Assembly: GCA_964642545.1 (NCBI GenBank)
Contig: CAZXQU010000005.1
Coordinates: forward strand, 1,669 to 65,668
DNA: 64,000 bases
Source of the DNA: an uncultured Prolixibacteraceae bacterium
GTDB lineage: Bacteria > Bacteroidota > Bacteroidia > Bacteroidales > FEN-979
Reading direction: 5' to 3'
The notes below the pieces were generated by a model. It made no database searches. It was given only the letters and a program-made list of their open reading frames with translations, and was not told the DNA's origin. Positions 52,850 to 63,006 of the stretch are shown here, piece after piece; positions within the stretch are counted from its first letter, which is position 1; the number at the start of each line of letters is the position of its first letter. The position numbers and the translations under genes are program-made.

Positions 52850-54790
52850 CTATAGCACCACGATTTTTCTGATAAATGTGCTTGTTCCGGATTTGAATCG
52901 GATAAAATAGAACCCTTTCGCTCTCCCTTCAAAGTTGAGGGAGATAGATCGCATGTTGCTAGCATCCCTCTGCTGAACTGATTTGCCTGATTCATCCAGA
53001 ACTTCAATCATCATTTGTTCGAATGGTTTGGAAAACTGAACTGAAAGAATCTCGTGCACTGGATTTGGCATCAAGGAGATATACTGTTCAAGATTATTCT
53101 CAGTAATGGCTCCGATCACCGAATTATTCGCTGAGATCAGCCAGAGTTCCGGATCCAGGATCGCCGAATCGGCCTGGAATGGGACAGCTATCTGAAATGT
53201 CTCACCGCTGTAGGTATGATCAAGTCGCACAACCATATCGGTCGATCCGTTTTTTATTTTTATTGGAAGCGGGAGCTCAAAAAAGGATACAGATGTGTGC
53301 GATTGGGTCTGATTGATCTGCAGGGTCAACGTGTCGCCTGTTTGGTCCCATTGTATCTGGTAAGAAGGGAATCCCTGGCCTGTATACCAATCATCGAAAT
53401 ACCATGTGAGGTCCTGGCCGGTTGTTGCTTCAAGGTGAGCCTTTAAATCAGATGTATGGGCAAATCCATAAGCCAGAGCCGGATCATACAGGAAGTTGTT
53501 GGTGGCAGCAAAAAAAGAGGAATCACCAATAACCCACCGAAGCTGATGCAGGATCATGGCTCCTTTGGCATAGCTGAGCCGCGAATCGAATATGCGACCA
53601 ACACTGGTAGTGTCATCACACCATACTGATCCCCCTGGTTGACTGGTCACCTTGTCCATCCTGTTTCTTAAAAATGGCATCCACCATGCTCCGTTGAACA
53701 TGTGTTCATAAGTGAGTCCCGAAAGGTATGTGGCAAACCCTTCATTCAGCCAGATATCTTCCCAGCTGGCACAAGTAACCATATCGCCAAACCACATATG
53801 AGCCAGTTCATGTGCCACCAGTTCATGTCCGAATGATCCCATAAAGGTAAATGTCTGATGCTCCATTCCTCCTCCCCAGTTGAACTGGCAGTGGCCATAT
53901 TTCTCATTGGCGAATGGGTAAAGGCCAAACAGTGTATCATAGAGTTGCATGATCGGGATCACACCCGGAGTTTGGGAAGCAGCTGAAGCAGAATCTTCGG
54001 GATAGACATAGTTCAACACCTCAACCACACTTGTTCCAAAGGGCACATAGTCGGAATATCTTGCGTAGTTGGTAACGGCCAGGCAAACCAGGTAAGTAGC
54101 TATGGGGTAACGGTGTTTCCAGTGGCAGGTAATATCTGACCCGGTAACCATCTTAGAAACTAAAAGCCCGTTACTAGCTCCTCTGTATCCTATCGGATTG
54201 GTGATATAAATATCCAGCGAATCGGCTTTGTCGGTGAGGCCGTTTTTGCAGGGCCACCAGTCACTGGCTCCGTAAGGCTCCGAAAGTGTCCACATCACCG
54301 GAACCCCATTGTGCTCCTCTGTGTTGAACGACCCGAAGCCTGTACTGTCTGGAACTCCGTGGTAAAAGACCGAAATGGAATCAAGCACAGATATGCCAAT
54401 TGTTGATGGCAGCGGGATAGTAAGCATCTCACTTGCATGAGTAAAGGGGATAGAGACGGAATGATACATCACCGCATCAACCTTAAGGGAATCGCTGAGG
54501 TTGAAGCGAAGGGTATCAAAACCTGTTGATATTGGGACAAACCAGGTGGTCACCTCTCCCTGGATATAGCGCTGGGCAGGATCGACTTCCCATACGCACC
54601 GGTGGTACCGGATGTCGTAATCGGTGATCAAGTTTCCGGCAGGTCGATAAAACATTCCCAGATTCGCCTTCATCTCCATCGCGGCGATCTCATCAAACTG
54701 ATCCATATTTGGCTTCTGTTGAGATGAGGCGACAAGGGATATACAGCAAAGGATTATTAAGAATGTGAATTTATTCCATAGTGTTTTCAT
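52850..54790 (-). CDS. M1-family zinc aminopeptidase with T9SS C-terminal sorting domain
   Basis: HELAHMWFGD...WLNEGFATY. C-terminus ...MPNPVHEILSVQF...GFYFIRFKSG..IRKIVVL is CTD-like. The start at MKTLWNKF (signal peptide) is supported by a -7 box. Confidence 0.85.
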   Translation of the reverse strand: MKTLWNKFTFLIILCCISLVASSQQKPNMDQFDEIAAMEMKANLGMFYRPAGNLITDYDIRYHRCVWEVDPAQRYIQGEVTTWFVPISTGFDTLRFNLSDSLKVDAVMYHSVSIPFTHASEMLTIPLPSTIGISVLDSISVFYHGVPDSTGFGSFNTEEHNGVPVMWTLSEPYGASDWWPCKNGLTDKADSLDIYITNPIGYRGASNGLLVSKMVTGSDITCHWKHRYPIATYLVCLAVTNYARYSDYVPFGTSVVEVLNYVYPEDSASAASQTPGVIPIMQLYDTLFGLYPFANEKYGHCQFNWGGGMEHQTFTFMGSFGHELVAHELAHMWFGDMVTCASWEDIWLNEGFATYLSGLTYEHMFNGAWWMPFLRNRMDKVTSQPGGSVWCDDTTSVGRIFDSRLSYAKGAMILHQLRWVIGDSSFFAATNNFLYDPALAYGFAHTSDLKAHLEATTGQDLTWYFDDWYTGQGFPSYQIQWDQTGDTLTLQINQTQSHTSVSFFELPLPIKIKNGSTDMVVRLDHTYSGETFQIAVPFQADSAILDPELWLISANNSVIGAITENNLEQYISLMPNPVHEILSVQFSKPFEQMMIEVLDESGKSVQQRDASNMRSISLNFEGRAKGFYFIRFKSGTSTFIRKIVVL

Positions 54791-54816
54791 ATGAGGCATC
54801 CCGTTTTTAGTCCACT

Positions 54817-54824
54817 CAAAGTTA
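54817..54824 (-). promoter_or_regulatory. -7 box TAacTTTG for the M1 peptidase
   Basis: Forward caaagtta, 27 nt upstream of the ATG at 54788-54790. Confidence 0.45.
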
Positions 54825-54945
54825 ACGATTTCTTGGATCCCCATGGCAATCGATTGCAATCCATGTCAATTCACGTGCAAGGATGTTCAATTCTTTTGTA
54901 TTTTTACTTCATAGCCAACCAAATCAAAACCATTTATCCCCACCC

Positions 54946-57900
54946 ATGAACACAAGATCCTGGTTTATCGCCGGCGTTGCATCCATACTTGTTGCAGCCA
55001 TCGTAATTTTCTTTTTTCTATCCCCCTGGAAACAGTTTAAAACGAAGGTCTTTTCTCCGGATCAGGTCAACCCGGCCTATCAGCAATATGTTCAGGCATT
55101 CACATCGGGAGTGATCTCCAGCCAGTCGACAATACTGGTTGTCCTTGCCGACGATGTTGCCGATTCTGCTCTTTTTTCCGGTATTGATTCAGAGAAGCTT
55201 TTTGAGTTCACCCCAGGCATCAGTGGCCAGACATTCCGGGTCAATAACCGCACCATCGAATTCAGGCCCAATAATGTTCTTCCTTCCGGAGAATCTTTTC
55301 GTGCTGTACTCAAATTATCGGAATTGTTTGACGTGCCGGATTCGATGTCTCTGTTCGAATTTGGCTTCAGCATCATGAAACAGCAGTTCGAAGTGGAGGT
55401 GTTGAATCACAAAGCCTATAACAACAAGGATCTCTCCCGAGAACGTTTGTTCGGGACACTGCTCACCTCCGACTTTGCCTCTCAGGAGGCGGTGGCGGGG
55501 ATCGTGGGAGTTACACAGAATGGTCTTGAATTACCCGTTACCTGGACACACGAGCCGGGAGGAAGGACCCATTATTTCAGAGCTGATTCCATCGTCAGAA
55601 GCCAGGTTCGGGGAGAAGTAATGGTGCGCTGGAATGGAGAATCTATCGGAGCTGACCAGAAGGGAGAGGAGCAGGTAGTTATTCCGGCATTGGATCAGTT
55701 TATCTTTCTAAACGCCAGGATGGTACAGGCACCCGACCAAAAAGTCATCGTTCAATTCTCAGATCCATTGGATCCGAAACAGAACCTGAAGGGGATGTTC
55801 AGTTTGGGAGGATCCCGCGATCTCCGTTACGCTGTGGAGGATAACGAATTGGTAATCTACCCGGCTGAGCTTCATGGTGATTCGGTCCAGCTTGTGATAG
55901 AAGCAGATATACGGAATCTGGCAGGCAAAAAACTCGGTTCACGGGTTACTGATTCTTCATTGCAAACACTTGCCGGCAAAGGCGTTGTTATGACCCTACC
56001 TGTTGTGGTAACTATGCCAGCTGTGCGTTTTCTGGGCGACGGGGTGATCATGCCAGGCTCGTCGGGTCTGCTATTCCCTTTCGAGGCGGTTAACCTGAAA
56101 GCTGTCGACATCATGGTGATCAGGATCTTTGAAGAGAATATTCTGCAATTTCTCCAGGTAAATGGTTTGGGAGGAAGTAATGAACTGTACCGGGTAAGTC
56201 GCGTGGTACTCAAGAAACGAATCCCGCTGACGAATGTTGTCGATTACAGCTCCTGGAACCGTTTTTCCATCGATCTGAATGATCTGATCAAAGCTGAACC
56301 CGGGGCGATTTATAATATTCAGCTGAGTTTCAGGAAAGAATATTCGACTTACCCGTGCGGTCAAACCACCGCTGAGAGGGATATTCCAGTGCTGATGAAA
56401 GCGTACGATCCCGACTCCATCAACGATCGGAACTGGAACTATTACAGCGATTACACCTGGTACGACTATGAAGATTACGATTGGCAGGAGCGCGACAACC
56501 CGTGCAAGCCCACTTATTACATGGATAAATCAATCTCCCGGAATGTCTTTGCCTCAAATCTCGGGCTGATTGCCAAGATGGGTAGTGGGAACAGGTGCCA
56601 GGTTTATGTAACGGACCTCATAACAGCACAACCTGTATCTGGTGCAACGGTGGAAGTCTTTAATTACCAGCAGGTCAAGCTAGGGAAAACCAGTACGAAC
56701 AGCGATGGAATTGCCGTGATTGATCTTTCCCAGAAGCCCTATTTCATTGTCGCTTCCCGGGGGAGGGAAACCGGTTATCTCACGCTTACCGACGGGGGAG
56801 CACTTTCGCTCAGCATGTTTGATGTTGGTGGAGAGGTTGTACAGCACGGCATCAAAGGTTTTCTTTACGGTGAACGGGGAGTATGGCGGCCTGGTGATTC
56901 ACTCTTCCTCACATTTATCCTGGATGACCAGGCTGGAACATTGCCCAAAAATCATCCGGTGAATTTCTCATTTTACAATCCAAGAGGGCAGTTGATGAAA
57001 TCCCTTGTCAAGGCTCCAACCCTTGGGAACTTCTACACTTTCCACGTAGCCACAGCTTCTGATGCCCCCACGGGCAACTGGATGGCAAAGGTGAAGGTAG
57101 GGGGTGCCGAGTTTAAGAAACTGCTGAAGGTCGAGACAGTTAAACCCAACAGGCTAAAAATCCTTATTGATGTGCCTGGCAACAAACTGATTGCCGGCAG
57201 CATCCCCGAGATCACCATGAAGGTAAATTGGCTAACAGGTCCCATCGCGGCAAATCTGAATGCATCTGTAAACCTTACATTAACGAAAAGCAGCTCCCCC
57301 TTTACGAAATTTCCGGGATACATTTTTGATTTCCCCTTCTCCGGCTTCAGTTCCGAAAACACAGCCATCTTTACCGGGAGGTTAAATGAGAAAGGAGAGG
57401 CGAAATTCCTTCCTGAGATCCATCTGACGGCATCCGCCCCGGGCGTACTGAAGGCCAGCTTTGAGACCATGGTATTCGAAGAGGGAGGCGGCTTTAGTGT
57501 CGACCGCTTTTCAGTGCCCTATTTCCCGTATCCCACCTATGCAGGCATCAGTGTCCCTCAACCCACAAAAGGGGCCTACGCACTTGTTGCCGGGAAAGCC
57601 TATGATATCTCATTGTTGAACATTACTGCTGAAGAGAAGGTAGTACCTTCGGGCAAGTTGAAGGTTGAGGTTTTCAAACTCGACTGGCGATGGTGGTGGG
57701 ATGATACCGAGTCGGGATATTCGGCGAGTTTTATAGCCAACCAGAGCCATAACCTCAAGGCTCAACAAGTCCTGCAGGCAACTGACGGCAAGGCCATTTA
57801 CAGGTTCCTGACTGATCGTGAGGAATGGGGCCGCTATCTAATCAAGGTGACGGATATTGCTTCAGGTCATTCAGCCGGGAAGGTCGTTTATGTTGACTGG

Positions 57901-60552
57901 GAAGGTTACTTCCGGATGCCGGGAGGCGAGAAGCAGGCTGCCACCATGCTCACATTTACTTCCGACAAACCGAAATATAAGGTTGGAGACCATGTAAAAC
58001 TTTCCATCCCTTCGGCAACGGGTGGAAGAGCCCTTATCACTCTCGAAAATGGTTCACAGGTAATTCGGTCGATCTGGGTCCCTACGGAACAAGGGCAAAC
58101 CGATGTCACATTTGAGGTTACAGGCGAGATGGCACCCAACATTTATGCGTTTGTCACCCTGCTGCAACCGCATGCACAAACAGTAAATGATTTGCCGATA
58201 CGACTGTACGGGGTCCTTCCTATCCTGGTTGAAAATCCCGGGACACATCTGAAGCCGGAGATCCAGATGAAGGAGGTTCTTGTTCCCGGCACCGATGCTA
58301 CCATCTCCGTGAAGGAGGCATCGGGGAGAGCCATGACATACACTCTTGCCATTGTTGACCAGGGGTTACTCGACCTTACCCGGTTCAAGACCCCCGATGC
58401 CTGGAATGTCTTTTACAGCCGCGAGGCGCTGGGTGTGAAAAGCTGGGATCTGTTTGATCTGGTGATGGGTGCTTATTCGGGAGAGTTGCAGCGGATACTC
58501 AGTATCGGCGGCGATGAGGAAAATGCCCTCCAGGGAAGCCTGAAGGCGAACCGGTTTGTGCCAATGGTTCGTTTTCTTGGGGTTTTTCAGCTGAAGAAGG
58601 GGCAAACGCAAGCCCATACCTTCCGGATGCCCGACTATATCGGAGCGGTAAGGGTGATGGTAGTGGCAGGAGAGGGAGAGTCGTTTGGCTCGGCGGAAAG
58701 TTCTGCCTTTGTGCGGAAACCTCTGATGGTCATGGGAACCCTCCCCAGGGTACTCGGACCCGACGAAACGGTGAAACTTCCGGTTACTCTCTTTGCGATG
58801 GAGAACAAGGTGAAAGAGGTGAAAGTCACCATCAAACCAAATGAGTTTTTCACAGTTGTTGGAAAATCAAGCCAACAGATCACATTCATAACTCCCGGGG
58901 AACAAGTAGCCATGTTTGAACTTCAGGTTCGGCCACAGGTGGGAGTGGGAACAGTAGAGATAGAAGCCATAGGCGGCGGGGAGATTTCAACGCAAACCAT
59001 TGAAATCGACATTCGAAATCCCAATCCTCCAATCAGTTCCGTGATCAGCAAAGCGATCCAGCCAGGAGCTTCATGGAGTACACCTTTCAAACCAATTGGA
59101 ATGGCTGGAACGAACACCGGCTCACTTGAGCTGTCAACCATTCCTCCAATGAATCTTGAGAAGTGGATGACCTACCTTATTCGATATCCATATGGCTGCA
59201 TCGAGCAAACCATCTCCGCTGCATTTCCACAGCTCTACCTGAATACGCTGATGGATACGTCAGATGAAAAGAGGGGGGAGGTTGAAACCAACATCCGCGA
59301 AGCGATCAAGCGGTTAAACTCCTTTCAGGTTCCGGGTGGAGGGTTCTCCTATTGGCCCGGGTCATCCTATCCCAATGACTGGGGAACCAATTATGCCGGG
59401 CATTTCCTGATAGAAGCCGAAAAGCAGGGGTATGCTGTCCCAGGAAACCTGCTTGGAAACTGGAAAACATTCCAGCACCGGAAGGCGGCTACATGGGAGA
59501 CCAACCTGAGTTATGCCAACAACGACCTGATCCAGGCTTACCGTTTGTTTACCCTTGCTCTGGTGGGTGATGCCGACCTTGGCGCGATGAACAGGTTGCG
59601 GGAATGGAACAGCCTGTCGAACACCGCGCGCTGGTATCTTGCCGGAGCTTACCAGGAAGCCGGAAAGCCTGAAGTTGCCATGGCTCTGATTGAACGGGCA
59701 ACGCATGATGTGAAACCTTACAATGAGCTTTCGGGGACATTCGGCTCTACCCTGAGAGATCAGGCAATCATCGCTGAGGTGTTGTGCCTGATGAACATGC
59801 AGACAAAGGCAACCCCGCTGATCCAGGAGATTGCCGGAAAGCTTGCCGGCAGTGGGTGGTACAGCACTCAAACGACTGCCTTCGCATTGATGGCTGTTGC
59901 TGAATATGCCGGGAGTAAAGATGGGAGCGGTGTAACTGCCAGCTACAGGTATGGCCTTGATAAGATGCAGGAAATTGCCTCATCCAAGAGTATGGCACTG
60001 ATCGATATTCCAGGTCTGGATACATCTCCTCCAGGATCGGTGGAGGTTCAAAACAGAGGGAAGGGTGTGCTTTTTGCCCAACTCATCCTGAACGGGATTC
60101 CCCTTCCCGGGCTGGAAGCTGCAGCGTCCAACGATCTGCGCATCTCTGTAAAATGGATGGACCTGAAAGAACAACCAATAAATCCGGCAAAGCTCCCTCA
60201 GGGGATGACCTTCCTGGTAGAGGTGACGGTTTCAAATCCAGGCTTAAGGGGGGATTACGAACAGCTTGCACTTGCACAGACCTTTCCTTCCGGATGGGAG
60301 ATCATCAATGCCCGTATGAGCGCTATGGCCCAGGCGGAAGAGACCACATCCCAGTTTGATTACCAGTACATTGGTGACGACAGGGTGAATACATTCTTTT
60401 CACTGAAGGCTGGAACAGGCAAACGTTTCCGGATCATGCTCAACACAACTTACCTTGGACGGTTCTATCTTCCAGCTACAAGCTGCGAAGCGATGTATGA
60501 TCATACCATCTATGCCCGGGATGCGGGGGGATGGGTGGAGGTTGTTAAGTAG
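54946..60552 (+). CDS. Bacterial alpha-2-macroglobulin family protein (YfhM/ECAM-like), thioester-containing, TM-anchored
   Basis: About 1870 aa with repeated MG-like beta domains. Thioester motif YPYGCIEQTIS, followed by an alpha/alpha-toroid (TED) and a C-terminal receptor-binding-like domain. Start taken at MNTRSWFIAGV (TM anchor). Confidence 0.9.
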   Translation: MNTRSWFIAGVASILVAAIVIFFFLSPWKQFKTKVFSPDQVNPAYQQYVQAFTSGVISSQSTILVVLADDVADSALFSGIDSEKLFEFTPGISGQTFRVNNRTIEFRPNNVLPSGESFRAVLKLSELFDVPDSMSLFEFGFSIMKQQFEVEVLNHKAYNNKDLSRERLFGTLLTSDFASQEAVAGIVGVTQNGLELPVTWTHEPGGRTHYFRADSIVRSQVRGEVMVRWNGESIGADQKGEEQVVIPALDQFIFLNARMVQAPDQKVIVQFSDPLDPKQNLKGMFSLGGSRDLRYAVEDNELVIYPAELHGDSVQLVIEADIRNLAGKKLGSRVTDSSLQTLAGKGVVMTLPVVVTMPAVRFLGDGVIMPGSSGLLFPFEAVNLKAVDIMVIRIFEENILQFLQVNGLGGSNELYRVSRVVLKKRIPLTNVVDYSSWNRFSIDLNDLIKAEPGAIYNIQLSFRKEYSTYPCGQTTAERDIPVLMKAYDPDSINDRNWNYYSDYTWYDYEDYDWQERDNPCKPTYYMDKSISRNVFASNLGLIAKMGSGNRCQVYVTDLITAQPVSGATVEVFNYQQVKLGKTSTNSDGIAVIDLSQKPYFIVASRGRETGYLTLTDGGALSLSMFDVGGEVVQHGIKGFLYGERGVWRPGDSLFLTFILDDQAGTLPKNHPVNFSFYNPRGQLMKSLVKAPTLGNFYTFHVATASDAPTGNWMAKVKVGGAEFKKLLKVETVKPNRLKILIDVPGNKLIAGSIPEITMKVNWLTGPIAANLNASVNLTLTKSSSPFTKFPGYIFDFPFSGFSSENTAIFTGRLNEKGEAKFLPEIHLTASAPGVLKASFETMVFEEGGGFSVDRFSVPYFPYPTYAGISVPQPTKGAYALVAGKAYDISLLNITAEEKVVPSGKLKVEVFKLDWRWWWDDTESGYSASFIANQSHNLKAQQVLQATDGKAIYRFLTDREEWGRYLIKVTDIASGHSAGKVVYVDWEGYFRMPGGEKQAATMLTFTSDKPKYKVGDHVKLSIPSATGGRALITLENGSQVIRSIWVPTEQGQTDVTFEVTGEMAPNIYAFVTLLQPHAQTVNDLPIRLYGVLPILVENPGTHLKPEIQMKEVLVPGTDATISVKEASGRAMTYTLAIVDQGLLDLTRFKTPDAWNVFYSREALGVKSWDLFDLVMGAYSGELQRILSIGGDEENALQGSLKANRFVPMVRFLGVFQLKKGQTQAHTFRMPDYIGAVRVMVVAGEGESFGSAESSAFVRKPLMVMGTLPRVLGPDETVKLPVTLFAMENKVKEVKVTIKPNEFFTVVGKSSQQITFITPGEQVAMFELQVRPQVGVGTVEIEAIGGGEISTQTIEIDIRNPNPPISSVISKAIQPGASWSTPFKPIGMAGTNTGSLELSTIPPMNLEKWMTYLIRYPYGCIEQTISAAFPQLYLNTLMDTSDEKRGEVETNIREAIKRLNSFQVPGGGFSYWPGSSYPNDWGTNYAGHFLIEAEKQGYAVPGNLLGNWKTFQHRKAATWETNLSYANNDLIQAYRLFTLALVGDADLGAMNRLREWNSLSNTARWYLAGAYQEAGKPEVAMALIERATHDVKPYNELSGTFGSTLRDQAIIAEVLCLMNMQTKATPLIQEIAGKLAGSGWYSTQTTAFALMAVAEYAGSKDGSGVTASYRYGLDKMQEIASSKSMALIDIPGLDTSPPGSVEVQNRGKGVLFAQLILNGIPLPGLEAAASNDLRISVKWMDLKEQPINPAKLPQGMTFLVEVTVSNPGLRGDYEQLALAQTFPSGWEIINARMSAMAQAEETTSQFDYQYIGDDRVNTFFSLKAGTGKRFRIMLNTTYLGRFYLPATSCEAMYDHTIYARDAGGWVEVVK
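59198..59209 (+). other. CIEQ thioester motif codons (tgc atc gag caa)
   Basis: Read directly in frame within ...RYPYGCIEQTISAAFP... Confidence 0.85.
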
Positions 60553-60612
60553 GGAGGTAGGGAAGAAGGAAAGTAGGTATGAGTATATGAGGGTATGTGT
60601 GTATGAGGGAAA
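60547..60612. repeat. Loosely 7-nt periodic purine-rich array (aagtagg gaggtag ggaagaa ggaaagt aggtatg agtatat gagggta tgtgtgt atgaggg)
   Basis: Read directly. Contains the A2M TAG stop (60550-60552) and the candidate pbpC start codons. Periodicity is weaker than in the other arrays. Confidence 0.55.
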
Positions 60613-63002
60613 ATTTACTGCCAACTGCGAACTGCCAACTGCGAACTGCAAGGCACTGGCTGATCAGGCTGTCGCCGGTTATCCTTTTCGCCATACTACT
60701 TTCCTGGTGGTTATGGCTGCCTGATCCCCTCTTTCACGACCCGACATCAACCGTATTAACAGATCGGGATAATCGGCTTTTGGGAGCACAGATCGCTTCC
60801 GACCAGCAATGGCGGTTCCCGGAGAGTTACTCGACTCCTTTAAAATTCAGGAAGGCGATAACCACCTATGAGGATCGGTGGTTTTACTTTCATCCCGGAA
60901 TCAACCCGGTTGCCTTGATCAGGGCATTGAAGCTGAATATCGAACACGGAGAGGTGGTTAGTGGCGGAAGCACCATTTCGATGCAGGTGATCAGACTTAC
61001 GAGGAAAAACCGTCCTCGCACCTATTTTGAGAAGCTCCTGGAAGTATTGCTGGCACTCAGGTTAGAGCTTGGTTATTCGAAAGAGGAGATCCTTGGATTG
61101 TATGCATCACACGCCCCTTTCGGTGGGAATGTGGTAGGACTGGAAGCTGCATCATGGCGTTATTTTGGAGTCAAACCCGACAATCTTTCCTGGGGTGAAG
61201 CTGCCACTCTTGCGGTTTTACCAAACAGTCCCGGTTTGATCTATCCGGGTCGGAATCCCGAGAAACTTCGTGAGAAACGAGCCCATTTACTCGACCTCCT
61301 GGCGATTCATGGAGAGATCGACCAACAGACCTGCGATCTGGCTAAAGCTGAGGTACTCCCAGGGATGCCGCTTCCCTTACCTCAGCTGGCGCCCCATCTC
61401 CTCGTGCGTGCAATGCGCGAAGGATATAAGGGGGAGAAGATCCATAGTACCCTTGACTATACACTTCAGCAAACTGTGTCGGATATTCTTTCCCGCCACG
61501 CCTTGTACCACAAAGCAAACGAGATTTATAATGCAGCTGCACTGGTTTTATCGGTGAATTCGGGAGAAGTACGGGCTTATGTCGGGAATATTCCCGGCGA
61601 CGGGACAGGTAGCCACGGCAGTGCCGTTGATATTATTCCGGCAAACAGAAGTACAGGCAGTCTTCTGAAACCCTTTCTCTTTGCTGCCATGCTTAACGAC
61701 GGACTGTTGCTGCCAACCACCCTTGTTCCGGATATTCCTACCCAGATGGGTGGTTTTGTGCCGGAAAACTACAACCGGACATATGATGGGGCGGTTCCGG
61801 CTAAACGGGCATTGGCACGTTCGTTGAATATCCCGGCGGTAAAAATGCTTCAGGCCTACGGTTATGAGCAGTTTTACGGACTTCTCAGGAAGATTGGGAT
61901 GAACTCACTTTCGAAGCCGGCCGACCATTATGGACTGGCTATGATCCTTGGCGGAGCTGAATCATCCCTCTGGGAGATGACCGGCATTTATGCATCCATG
62001 GCACGCACCCTGAACCACTACCTGGCTGACAGTTCTGGTTATTCGAAACAGGATTTTCATCCTCCGAACTATTTGGCTCAAGAGACCCCATTTCCCCCAC
62101 CTCTGGATGCTACTTCCTGGTTTGATGCCGGCACGATATGGCTCACTTTTGAAGCGATGGTGGAGGTGGCTCGGCCGGAGACGGATATGCAATGGCAGCA
62201 ATTTGCCTCATCCAGCAGAATAGCCTGGAAAACAGGAACGAGCTTTGGGAACCGGGATGCCTGGGCAATAGGTGTTACACCAGAATATGTGGTTGGCGTG
62301 TGGGTTGGAAACGCAACAGGAGAGGGGAGACCCGGATTGACAGGCTTGGGAATGGCTGCTCCCATTCTGTTTGAGATTTTCGATGCCCTGCCTGCGGGCG
62401 GATGGTTTGCCATGCCCGGATCAGCGTTAGACTCATTGGCCGTTTGCCGCTATAGTGGTTATCGTGTCTCCTCCCTCTGTGAGCTGGTGGATACCATACT
62501 GGTACCCAAGAGAGGAGTCGAAACGGGAGCCTGCCCTTTTCACCACCTGGTTCACCTCGACCCATCAGAAAACTATCAGGTCAATTCCAGCTGCATCTCT
62601 CCAAGCCAGATTATCCACAAGCCCTGGTTTTTACTTCCTCCTGTTCAGGAATATTATTTCAGCCGGAAAAACCCCTTTTACAAAAATCTTCCCCCATGGC
62701 TTCCGGGATGTGAACCATCTGCTGTCAAGAGTTCCATTGGTATGATCTATCCGAAAAACAACAGCAGCATTTACATTCCTGTCGAGTTGGACGGAACGCC
62801 TGGAGCAGCCATTTTCAGAGCGGCACATCACAATCCTGACGGAATCCTTTACTGGCATCTTGACGAGACATACCTTGGCAGCACGACTGGTCTCAACCAG
62901 ATGGAACTTTCACCTACACCAGGCTGGCACACCCTCACCCTCGTCAACCAGCAGGGAGAGATGTTGGAGATCCGGTTTGAAGTGATGGGGAAGCGGGAAT
63001 GA
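60603..63002 (+). CDS. pbpC: Penicillin-binding protein 1C (bifunctional glycosyltransferase/transpeptidase-like)
   Basis: GT51 motifs EDRWFYFHPGINP and GGSTISMQ. Transpeptidase-like motifs STGSLLKP, SLNIPAV and KTGTSFGNRDAW. PBP1C-type C-terminal domain. Start at ATG 60603 (or GTG 60597). Confidence 0.9.
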   Translation: MRENLLPTANCQLRTARHWLIRLSPVILFAILLSWWLWLPDPLFHDPTSTVLTDRDNRLLGAQIASDQQWRFPESYSTPLKFRKAITTYEDRWFYFHPGINPVALIRALKLNIEHGEVVSGGSTISMQVIRLTRKNRPRTYFEKLLEVLLALRLELGYSKEEILGLYASHAPFGGNVVGLEAASWRYFGVKPDNLSWGEAATLAVLPNSPGLIYPGRNPEKLREKRAHLLDLLAIHGEIDQQTCDLAKAEVLPGMPLPLPQLAPHLLVRAMREGYKGEKIHSTLDYTLQQTVSDILSRHALYHKANEIYNAAALVLSVNSGEVRAYVGNIPGDGTGSHGSAVDIIPANRSTGSLLKPFLFAAMLNDGLLLPTTLVPDIPTQMGGFVPENYNRTYDGAVPAKRALARSLNIPAVKMLQAYGYEQFYGLLRKIGMNSLSKPADHYGLAMILGGAESSLWEMTGIYASMARTLNHYLADSSGYSKQDFHPPNYLAQETPFPPPLDATSWFDAGTIWLTFEAMVEVARPETDMQWQQFASSSRIAWKTGTSFGNRDAWAIGVTPEYVVGVWVGNATGEGRPGLTGLGMAAPILFEIFDALPAGGWFAMPGSALDSLAVCRYSGYRVSSLCELVDTILVPKRGVETGACPFHHLVHLDPSENYQVNSSCISPSQIIHKPWFLLPPVQEYYFSRKNPFYKNLPPWLPGCEPSAVKSSIGMIYPKNNSSIYIPVELDGTPGAAIFRAAHHNPDGILYWHLDETYLGSTTGLNQMELSPTPGWHTLTLVNQQGEMLEIRFEVMGKRE
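60618..60652. repeat. Heptamer array, 5 units (ctgccaa ctgcgaa ctgccaa ctgcgaa ctgcaag)
   Basis: Read directly. Lies inside the pbpC reading frame (encodes LPTANCQLRTAR). Same unit as 19442-19455. Confidence 0.85.
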
Positions 63003-63006
63003 GGGA

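Noticed and set aside
54791-54945. Longer ORF-track N-termini for the M1 peptidase (start 54859) and A2M (start 54883). The same question applies to 8136 (methyltransferase), 1527 (purC), 2552 (phoH), 2437 (DUF62) and 38668 (DUF2723).
   Set aside because: In each case a downstream Met gives a canonical N-terminus (signal peptide, TM segment or family motif). An exact TAnnTTTG box or an upstream gene occupies the supposed extension.
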